NCBI GenBank assembly: GCA_963703565.1
Contig: CAVPEW010000007.1
Coordinates: forward strand, 5,240 to 69,239
DNA: 64,000 bases
From: an uncultured Microthrixaceae bacterium
GTDB taxonomy: Bacteria; Actinomycetota; Acidimicrobiia; Acidimicrobiales; VFJN01
Direction of reading: 5' to 3'
The notes beneath the pieces are model-generated. The model saw only the letters and a list, made by a program, of their open reading frames with translations. It was not told the DNA's origin and made no database searches. Position numbers and translations under genes: made by a program. Position 1 is the stretch's first letter. Each line of letters begins with the position of its first letter. Positions 56,979 to 64,000 of this stretch are shown piece by piece.

Positions 56979-59900
56979 TCAGGCGGTGCCGCTGTCGGTG
57001 TTGTTGGCCGGGTTCGACTCCACGACCGTGTCGGCCGGGTCGATCACGGCGTTGCCGTTCACCGTGCCCTCGGCCGTCTTGTAGACGTGCACGTCGAGTG
57101 CAGCCGTGCCGCCGGCGGCGAACTGACTGGTGGTGCAGGTCACCTTGTTGACCGGGTTCTCGTTGGTGGTGCACGACCAGCCCGCCGGGGCGGACACGTC
57201 GAGGATGATCATCCCCACCGCCACGTTGAACTCGAAGGTGACGGGGCCGGCGGCCTCGCTGCCGGTGTTGCTGGCGGTCACCGTCCAGTGGCCGTCGGTG
57301 CCTGTCCCGATCGAGACGTCGGGCACGTCGATGGCCAGGTCGACCTTGGACGTCACCGTCGTGTCGGCCGAGGCGGTGTTGTTGACCTCGCTGGCCTCGG
57401 CGATGGCGTTGAACGGGTCGACGAAGGCCTGGTTGCGGATGGGCTGACCCGGCGCGTGGATCTGCGGCGCCCGCACCCGGATGGTGATCGTGCGCTGCGT
57501 GTCGGGATCGGTGGCGGGCAGGTAGCCGCCGGTGCAGTCGACCACGCCGCCCGCCTGGGTGCAGGTGAAGTTGCCGTCGCCGGAGGCGGACACGAAGGTC
57601 ACCCCGGTGGGCAGCGGGTCGCGCACGGCGACGTTGAAGGCGTCGTCGGACCCGGTGTTGGTCACCTTGAGCGTGTAGTCGAAGGCGGCGCCGGGGGACA
57701 CGTCCACCGGGGCCTGCTTGGTCAGCGACAGCTCGACGAAGCCGCCACCCCCTCCCAGGGCCACCTGGGTGAACTCCTCCGCCGCGTTGTCGGACTCGTC
57801 ACCTTCGGGGATGGCGTTCGCGGGGTCGACGAGCACGTCGAGACGGGCCTGACCCGGCTGGGCGGGAGCGAACACGGTGATGGCGACCTGCCGCGCAGCT
57901 GCCGCGTTGATCCGCGCCCCCGAGCAGTCGACGACCCCGCCGGCCTCGCTGCAGGAGAAGGATCCGGCGTCGACGGCGTTGTCCTGAGCCGAGCGGAAGA
58001 TCGACCCGGCCGGCAACGTCGCGCGGAACGACACGCCGAAGGCGTCGGCTGCGCCGTTGTTCTCCACGGCCACCGTGTAGATCAGGGTCCCCGAGGGGGC
58101 GACCGGATCGAAGTTGTCGGTGATGTCGACGACGCGCAGGTTGTTGTAGATGCCGCTGGGCGAGCCGGCCACGACCTGCACGGACTTGTCGGTGACGTTG
58201 TTGGCCTCATCGGCCTCGCCGATGGCGTTGGCGGGATCGACCGTGGCTGTGAGGGTCGCTGTCCCCGGTGTGGGAGGAGCGAACGTCGAGATGCGGATCT
58301 GGCGGGTGCCGCTCGCAGAGGTGACAGTCCCGCCGGTGCAGGTGACCAGCGTGCCGGCCGCCGAGCAGGTGAACGAGCCCAGGCCCGGTGACAGGTCCTC
58401 GGCGATGCGGTAGATCGCGCCGGCGGGCAACGCCGCCTGCACCGTGACGTTGAACGCGTCGGCGCTGCCCGTGTTGAGCACGGTCAGCGTGTAGTCGAGC
58501 GTCCCGCTGGTCGCGACCGGGTCGAAGTTGACCGCGATCTGCGGGATCGACAGCTCCTTGTACGCCCCGTTGGGCGAGCCGTTCTCCACCACGGTGTCCT
58601 CGAAGGCGACGTTGTTGGACTCGTCGATCTCGGCGATCGCGTTGTCGGGGTCGACGCGTACCTCGTTGTGGATGGTGCCGGGCTCATCGGGGGCGAACAC
58701 GTCGATGGTGATGGTGGCGATGTCTACGGGCTGGGTCAGCGAGCCCGAGTAGGTGCCCCGGACGATCCCACCGGTGCAAGCGACGACCCCGCTCGAGAAG
58801 GAGCAGGTGAAGTTGTGGTCGCCGCTGGCGCTGCGGAACTGCGTGCCCGCCGGCAACGGGTCGCGCACCACGATCGCGGAGGCGTCCTGGGTCCCCAGGT
58901 TCGGCACGGTGATCGTGTAGCGCAGCGTTCCGTTGCGAGCGACGGGGTCGAAGTCGTCGACCTTGGCGATGGTCAGGTCGACGCCGGTCGCCACGTCGGT
59001 GTTCGTGGTGAAGGTGTTGTTGGTCTCGTCGGCCTCGGCGATCTGGTTGAACGGGTCGACGGTGACGGTGCTGGTGATCGCGCCCGCCACCTGGGGTGCG
59101 ATCAGCTCCAGAACGATCGTCTCGGTAGTCCCTCCAGGCGCGCCGCCATTGATCGCGCCCTCGACGAGGGGGATCACGCACTGCACGACCCCGCCGGTGG
59201 CAGGAGGCACGGCGGGCGTGCAGGTGGTGCCGGCGACGCTCGCGTCGAAGCCGTCGAGGAGCACGCCGGCGGGCAGCGGTTCGCGCACCACCACGTTGGA
59301 TGCGTCGCGCAGGCCGCTGTTGCCGACCGTGATGGTGTAGTCGAACCGGTCGGCGGCGCGCACCGGCGCAGGGACGACCGGGAAGGTGCGGTGCTGGGTG
59401 ACGGTGAGGTCGACCCCGGGTCGCACCACGGTGACACCCGTCGCGGTGGACGTGACGCCCTTGTTGCGGATGTTGCCGTTCACCGTCGCGGTGTTGATGA
59501 TGAACGACCCGGCTGGGGCTATGACCTGGCCGGTGACGGTCACGGTGAAAGAGCCGCCGCCGGCTAGGCGGGTCGTGTCGCAGCGCACCTGGGGTGCCGC
59601 GACCGAGCAGGTGACTCCTGGGCTCGACGGCGCGGCGGTCACGTTCACGGCCACGCTGGCGGCGTCGAGACCCTGGGTGCCGTCGGTGAGGGTCACGTAG
59701 TCGGCCCTCGAGCCGGAGGTGTTGGTCACGGTGAGCGTGTAGGTGGCCAGCTCGTACTGGACGACCTCGTTCGGCGCGTCCTTGGCGACCACCAGGGCGT
59801 TGGAGGGCAGCGAGGACGTGTAGGAGGTGCTGGCCTGGGCCGAGTTGTTCAAGTCGTTGGACTCTGCCACGGCGTTGGTCGGGTCGACCTGGGCCCGCAG

Positions 59901-60746
59901 CACGGCAGTACCGGTGGCAGCCGGGGCCCGCAGGTACAGGCTGAGAGCGGCGTTCGCGCCGGCGTTGACTGCGCCTCCGGTGCAGGTGAGCAGCGTGGTC
60001 CCGTCACCGGGATCGCTGGTCGAGCAGGTGAACAGGCTCGTGGCGCTCCAGGTGAGCAGCTCGGTGCCCGCGGCCGCCGTGGCGGTCACCACCACGTCGC
60101 TGGCGTTGGCGGCACCGGTGTTGTCGACCGTGATGGTCGCGCCGTAGTCGGCGCCGGTGAGCACCGTGGAGGGGGCTGCGATCGACGCCGACAGGTCGGC
60201 GAGGGGACCGCTTCCACCGGTGACCTGGACCGAGGTGGTAGCGCTGGCGCTGACCGTCTGGGCCGACTTGGTGGCAGTGGTGGTGGCGGTGTTGTTGAGC
60301 ACCGAGCCGGCGGCCGCGGTGACCCGGCCGCGCACCGTGACGGTGGCGACCTGGAAGCCGGCCATCGTTCCGTGCTCGCAGCGAACGAGGTAACCAGCGC
60401 TGTTGGCGCTCTGGGTGCACGAACCCACGTTGCTCGTCAGCACGAGCTGGTTGGTGCCGCCGACGTCGATGCCGCCTAGCCCGTTGATCTGGTCGGTCGT
60501 GACGACCTGGTCGATGGCGGCGCCGCCGTTGTTGGCGACTGTGATCGTGTAGGTCAGCTCGGTCCCTGAAGGCACGGGGTTCGGGCTGGCGGCGGCCTGC
60601 ACCACGAGCGGGTTGGAGACCTTGGGCGCGCTCGACGCCACCGCGGGGAGCAGGCCCACCACCAACGCAGTCGCTACGAGAGCCAAGGCCGCCCGCGACC
60701 TGGTGAAACCACGCCGAATGCCCATCTCGATGCCCACCCTTCGCAT
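56979..60746 (-). CDS. 1255-aa secreted DUF11 / CARDB-like repeat protein
   Basis: Signal peptide (RSRAALALVATALVVGLLPAVASSAP). At least nine repeats of the type (F/L)xYT(I/L)TVxNxGxxDAxxV...PLPAG...C...VDPxNAIxExxExNN. No obvious LPXTG/LAXTG or C-terminal anchor. Confidence 0.75.
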   Translation of the reverse strand: MRRVGIEMGIRRGFTRSRAALALVATALVVGLLPAVASSAPKVSNPLVVQAAASPNPVPSGTELTYTITVANNGGAAIDQVVTTDQINGLGGIDVGGTNQLVLTSNVGSCTQSANSAGYLVRCEHGTMAGFQVATVTVRGRVTAAAGSVLNNTATTTATKSAQTVSASATTSVQVTGGSGPLADLSASIAAPSTVLTGADYGATITVDNTGAANASDVVVTATAAAGTELLTWSATSLFTCSTSDPGDGTTLLTCTGGAVNAGANAALSLYLRAPAATGTAVLRAQVDPTNAVAESNDLNNSAQASTSYTSSLPSNALVVAKDAPNEVVQYELATYTLTVTNTSGSRADYVTLTDGTQGLDAASVAVNVTAAPSSPGVTCSVAAPQVRCDTTRLAGGGSFTVTVTGQVIAPAGSFIINTATVNGNIRNKGVTSTATGVTVVRPGVDLTVTQHRTFPVVPAPVRAADRFDYTITVGNSGLRDASNVVVREPLPAGVLLDGFDASVAGTTCTPAVPPATGGVVQCVIPLVEGAINGGAPGGTTETIVLELIAPQVAGAITSTVTVDPFNQIAEADETNNTFTTNTDVATGVDLTIAKVDDFDPVARNGTLRYTITVPNLGTQDASAIVVRDPLPAGTQFRSASGDHNFTCSFSSGVVACTGGIVRGTYSGSLTQPVDIATITIDVFAPDEPGTIHNEVRVDPDNAIAEIDESNNVAFEDTVVENGSPNGAYKELSIPQIAVNFDPVATSGTLDYTLTVLNTGSADAFNVTVQAALPAGAIYRIAEDLSPGLGSFTCSAAGTLVTCTGGTVTSASGTRQIRISTFAPPTPGTATLTATVDPANAIGEADEANNVTDKSVQVVAGSPSGIYNNLRVVDITDNFDPVAPSGTLIYTVAVENNGAADAFGVSFRATLPAGSIFRSAQDNAVDAGSFSCSEAGGVVDCSGARINAAAARQVAITVFAPAQPGQARLDVLVDPANAIPEGDESDNAAEEFTQVALGGGGGFVELSLTKQAPVDVSPGAAFDYTLKVTNTGSDDAFNVAVRDPLPTGVTFVSASGDGNFTCTQAGGVVDCTGGYLPATDPDTQRTITIRVRAPQIHAPGQPIRNQAFVDPFNAIAEASEVNNTASADTTVTSKVDLAIDVPDVSIGTGTDGHWTVTASNTGSEAAGPVTFEFNVAVGMIILDVSAPAGWSCTTNENPVNKVTCTTSQFAAGGTAALDVHVYKTAEGTVNGNAVIDPADTVVESNPANNTDSGTA

Positions 60747-60880
60747 GGCAGCCTGAACTGCTGCGCGCCCGATTTGGGCAGGATCCTTGCACCCGGGTCC
60801 TTCCAGCGCAACAGATCCGTCACGAACGTGCCCTTCGCCGGTCGGGTTGCGGTCTGGCGACAGCGGGTCGTGCGAGGATC

Positions 60881-61573
60881 GTGCCGGTGTCCGGACCCGA
60901 GATGGCGACCCGCATCGTCGTGGCGATCGCGCTCGGCGCCGTGGTCGGCGTCGAGCGTGAGGCGTCCGCCCAGCCGGCAGGGCTGCGCACCCACATCACC
61001 GTGGCCGCCGGCGCCGCTCTGTTCGGGGTGATCTCGACCCATGGCTTCGACGAGTTCGTCGCCGAGCGGGCCGGGACCAACGTGCAGATCGACGTCACCC
61101 GGGTTGCATCCCAGGTCGTGGTCGGCGTCGGCTTCCTCGGCGCCGGGCTCATCTTCCACCGGGGCGGCACCGTCCACAACCTCACCACGGCAGCCAGCGT
61201 GTGGGTCGTGGCGGCCATCGGCCTGGCGGCGGGGGTCGGCTACTTCGGGCCCGCGGTGGCCACCACCGTGGCGTTGACCGCCAGCCTGGTCGCCCTTCGG
61301 CCCGCTCGCGACTGGGTGAGAAGGCGCTTCTCCGGCCAGGAGGCCCACCTGGAGATGCTCCTGGCACCTGGTAGCGACCATCGGGCCGTGGTCGCGGTCC
61401 TGCGGTCGCTGCCCGACCTCGAGGTCAGGCAGGTGGCGCTGGGCAAGCTGGACGGGGCGACGGCCCTGACAGCGGACGTGGTCGCCCGACCCGGAGCCGA
61501 CATGGGCGAGAGCCTCGCTCCCCTGGTGGAGCTGCCGGCGATTCGGAGCCTCTCGCACAAGGCGGGCTCGTAG
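60881..61573 (+). CDS. mgtC: MgtC/SapB family membrane protein
   Basis: RIVVAIALGAVVGVEREASAQPAGLRTHITVAAGAALF...TTAASVWVVAAIGLAAGVGYF plus a soluble C-terminal domain. An alternative ATG start is at 60902. Confidence 0.8.
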   Translation: MPVSGPEMATRIVVAIALGAVVGVEREASAQPAGLRTHITVAAGAALFGVISTHGFDEFVAERAGTNVQIDVTRVASQVVVGVGFLGAGLIFHRGGTVHNLTTAASVWVVAAIGLAAGVGYFGPAVATTVALTASLVALRPARDWVRRRFSGQEAHLEMLLAPGSDHRAVVAVLRSLPDLEVRQVALGKLDGATALTADVVARPGADMGESLAPLVELPAIRSLSHKAGS

Positions 61574-61584
61574 CCTCGCGGCCC

Positions 61585-61974
61585 ATGGCCGACGAACAGC
61601 CAGGCGTGCTGGGCCGCCCCGTGCGAGGGCCGCTGGATCACGTGCAGACCTTCCCCGCCCCCCCGGGTTGCACCCGGGTCCGGTTCTCGACCCAGGAGGT
61701 CGCCTCTGTCTGCCCGGTCACCGGGCAGCCCGACCTGTCCAGCGTCACCATCGACTACCTGCCCGAGGCCCTCTGCGTGGAGTCCAAGTCGCTCAAGCTG
61801 TACCTGTGGTCCTTCCGCGATCGGCCGGTGTTCGCCGAGGCGCTCGCCGCCGAGATCGCCGCCGAGATAGACCGCGCCACGGGGGCGGCGGGCGTACGGG
61901 TCGTGGTCACCCAGAACGTTCGGGGAGGCATCGTGACCGAGTGCACCGCCGAGCGGGGCCGGCGGGACCCGTGA
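61585..61974 (+). CDS. queF: NADPH-dependent 7-cyano-7-deazaguanine (preQ0) reductase, type I
   Basis: FSTQEVASVCPVTGQPDLSSVTIDYLP...VESKSLKLYLWSFRD (catalytic Cys and the QueF motif E-S-K-S-x-K-L-Y). Confidence 0.85.
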   Translation: MADEQPGVLGRPVRGPLDHVQTFPAPPGCTRVRFSTQEVASVCPVTGQPDLSSVTIDYLPEALCVESKSLKLYLWSFRDRPVFAEALAAEIAAEIDRATGAAGVRVVVTQNVRGGIVTECTAERGRRDP

Positions 61975-63347
61975 GCGACACCTCCCCGCCGGCCCGCCTG
62001 GTGGGCGACGGCGAGACGGTCCCCTGCGTGGACGGCAAGGCTCGGCCCTACCGCAACTTCGATGCCGCGGCGTCCACCTCGGCGCTGCCCGCGGTGGCCG
62101 AGGCCGTGGCGGCGTTCCTACCCGAGTACGCCAGCGTGCACAGGGGCGCGGGCTACCGGTCGCGGCGCTCGACCGCTGCCTACGAGTCCGCGCGCGACCG
62201 CGTGCTGGCCTTCGCCGCGCGCGACCCAGGGCGCGACGTGGCGATCATCGTGCGCAACACCACCGAGGCCATCAACCACCTGGCCTACCGGCTCAACCTC
62301 GGCGCCGACGCCGTCGTGGTCACCACGGTGGTCGAGCACCACGCCAACCTCCTTCCCTGGGGCCGTGTGGCCCGTCGCCGCTACGTGGAGTGCGGGCGCG
62401 AGGGGACCTTCGAGCCCGCTGCGGTCGCAGCCGCGCTCGATGAGCTGCCCCGACCGGCGCTGCTGACGGTCACCGGCGCGTCGAACGTCACGGGTTGGTG
62501 CCCGGACCTCGACGCCCTCGTGACCCTCGCGCACGAACGGGGGGTCCCGGTGCTGGTCGACGCCGCGCAGCTCGCCCCGCACAGGCCGTTGCCCGCCGAG
62601 GCCGACTACGTCGCCTTCAGCGGCCACAAGATGTACGCCCCCTTCGGGGCCGGCGCGCTCATCGGTCCCCGCAAGACCTTCGCCGAAGGCGACCCGTTCC
62701 TGGCGGGAGGCGGCGCGGTCGACCTGGTCGACCTCGACGAGGTCGTCTGGACCGAGCCCCCCGATCGCGAGGAGGCCGGGTCGCCCAACGTGGTGGGGGC
62801 CGTCGCTCTGGGCGCGGCGATCGACGAGCTCGGCCGCCTGGGCCTCGATGCGGTGGGACGCCACGACCGGGCGTTGTCGGCGCGGCTGCACGAGGGTCTG
62901 GCCTCGGTGCCGGCTGTGAGGATCCTGGGCCCGGGCGACTCCGGCCTGCCCGTGGTCACCTTCACAGTGAGCGGGGCTCCCCACGCGCTGGTCGCGGCCA
63001 GGCTCAGCGCCGAGCACGGCGTCGGCGTGCGCCACGGCTGCTTCTGCGCCCACCCGTACCTGCTGCGGCTCCTGGACCTCGACGCGGCCGAGGTAGCCAG
63101 CTACCGACGGGCCGTGCTCGAAGGCGACCGGCGCGCGGTGCCCGGCGCAGTTCGCGCCAGCGCCGGCCTGTCCACCAGCGCCGACGACGTCGACGCTCTC
63201 GTCGCCGGGGTGGCGGCGGTGGCCTCGACCGACGCTCCCGTCCCCTACGACCAGGACCCGGTGACAGGCGACTGGTGGCCGCGCAGCGAAGCGCTCGGGT
63301 GGACGGCGACGGACCGAGGCCATTCGATGCCCTGCGGGCGCGGCTGA
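61971..63347 (+). CDS. class V aminotransferase (cysteine desulfurase / SufS-CsdA-like PLP enzyme)
   Basis: GTG at 61971 forms a GTGA overlap with the queF stop. NTTEAINHLA...VVEHHANLLPW...SGHKMYAPFGAGAL (PLP Lys)...GSPNVVGAVALGAA...RHGCFCAHPY. Confidence 0.8.
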   Translation: MSDTSPPARLVGDGETVPCVDGKARPYRNFDAAASTSALPAVAEAVAAFLPEYASVHRGAGYRSRRSTAAYESARDRVLAFAARDPGRDVAIIVRNTTEAINHLAYRLNLGADAVVVTTVVEHHANLLPWGRVARRRYVECGREGTFEPAAVAAALDELPRPALLTVTGASNVTGWCPDLDALVTLAHERGVPVLVDAAQLAPHRPLPAEADYVAFSGHKMYAPFGAGALIGPRKTFAEGDPFLAGGGAVDLVDLDEVVWTEPPDREEAGSPNVVGAVALGAAIDELGRLGLDAVGRHDRALSARLHEGLASVPAVRILGPGDSGLPVVTFTVSGAPHALVAARLSAEHGVGVRHGCFCAHPYLLRLLDLDAAEVASYRRAVLEGDRRAVPGAVRASAGLSTSADDVDALVAGVAAVASTDAPVPYDQDPVTGDWWPRSEALGWTATDRGHSMPCGRG

Positions 63348-63417
63348 CCTGCCGCCGCGGAGCACGGCAGAGCCTGCTATCGGCACGCGGCCGGTACGCC
63401 CGGCCACCGCGCTACTG

Positions 63418-64000
63418 CTAGCGGGCGAAGTCCTTCACTACCGGCCCGGCACTGCGGACCTCTTCGATGTCGGCGTCGGTGAAGCCGGCGAGCTTGCGGA
63501 ACTCGATGGCGAGGGGCAGGAACTCCTCGTTGGTGCGCGAGTCGTACGCGCCGCGCAGGCCGCCGAAGCTGAAGGCCCGGTCGACCTTGCGCTGGAAGTC
63601 GACCACCTTCTTGCGTCGGGCCGGGTCGCCCTCGGTGAGCGCCTTGGACCACACCTGGCCGAAGCGGACGTGGGTCACCTCGTCGGCGGCCACGTAGTCG
63701 ACGCTGCGCCAGATCGTCTCGTCGTCGGCCTGGCGGCCGAAGCGGATCGTGTCGTTGAACACGTCCAACGCCAGGCCCTCCAGGCAGCGGTTCACGCCGA
63801 CCACCCGCTCGGCGGGATCGTTGGAGCAGGAGAACTCGAACAGCAGGAGGTTCTCGCTGAACTCGCCGATCTCGCAGTCGACGTGGTCGAGCAGCGCGCC
63901 GTAGATCTCCACGTGGCGGGTCTCGTCCCAGCACTGGCGGGCCATGTCGAGCTGGAACTTCCAGGGAAGCTCGTCGTCGTCGGTGAAGTCCCAGCAGCTT
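63418..64000 (-). CDS. DUF455-like ferritin-fold di-iron protein (3' part; gene continues past the window end)
   Basis: ...CWDETRHVEIYGALL...VAADEVTHVRFG (two ExxH motifs). The frame stays open upstream of M63945 to the window edge (SCWDFTDDDELPWKFQLDM...). Confidence 0.6.
   Translation of the reverse strand, partial: SCWDFTDDDELPWKFQLDMARQCWDETRHVEIYGALLDHVDCEIGEFSENLLLFEFSCSNDPAERVVGVNRCLEGLALDVFNDTIRFGRQADDETIWRSVDYVAADEVTHVRFGQVWSKALTEGDPARRKKVVDFQRKVDRAFSFGGLRGAYDSRTNEEFLPLAIEFRKLAGFTDADIEEVRSAGPVVKDFAR

Noticed and set aside
60747-60880. Possible Mg2+ (M-box) riboswitch or leader upstream of mgtC, and a preQ1 riboswitch upstream of queF
   Set aside because: The mgtC upstream gap is about 135 nt, is shared with the divergent DUF11 gene promoter, and shows none of the M-box conserved segments I can recall. 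Only 11 nt separate mgtC and queF, which leaves no room for a preQ1 aptamer.

Overview
High-GC (by eye about 70% G+C), densely coding actinobacterial-type chromosome segment. I support about 60 protein genes, mostly on the minus strand. At least ten gene pairs are joined by GTGA, ATGA or TTGA stop/start overlaps, which I used to fix start codons and infer operons.

Main blocks:
- 1-3.2 kb: PdtaS-like kinase N-terminus, small zinc-ribbon protein, ArsA/Get3-like ATPase pair, DUF3107.
- 3.2-9 kb: Mo-oxidoreductase with cytochrome b, orphan receiver, SDR, thiolase-like protein with DUF35, amidohydrolase.
- 9.2-12.8 kb: Fe-S module (Mrp, SufR-like ArsR regulator, cysteine desulfurase) and a SixA-like phosphatase.
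- 12.9-19.5 kb: complete System I cytochrome c maturation operon, ccmABCDEFGH plus a TPR CcmI-like gene.
- 19.6-25.4 kb: sortase, lipoprotein, DUF5317-like protein, GH63-like hydrolase, GT4, Pro-rich secreted protein.
- 25.5-29.5 kb: divergent cysS and valS.
- 29.5-50.6 kb: a long minus-strand run. It holds MscS, cbtBA behind a cobalamin riboswitch, acyl-CoA synthetase, LLM oxidoreductase, a Liv-type ABC system with a LivH-LivM-LivG fusion, TetR/MFS, MMPL, NMO, TetR, ACAD, FAH, lgt and a PAS-EAL gene.
- 50.6-60.7 kb: three very large or unusual cell-surface genes (DUF11/CARDB repeat protein, SGNH-like protein, 1694-aa RCC1 plus cadherin-like protein).
- 60.9-64 kb: mgtC, queF, class V aminotransferase, DUF455 (partial).

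I found no rRNA, tRNA, CRISPR array, transposase or integrase, and no recognisable defence system. The most unusual items are the surface-protein locus, a 12-bp x4 tandem array directly before a ribosome-binding site, three apparent frameshifts (CcmI-like, sortase, PAS-EAL), and System I ccm in an actinobacterial context. All family calls come from motif recognition in the supplied translations. No database search was run.
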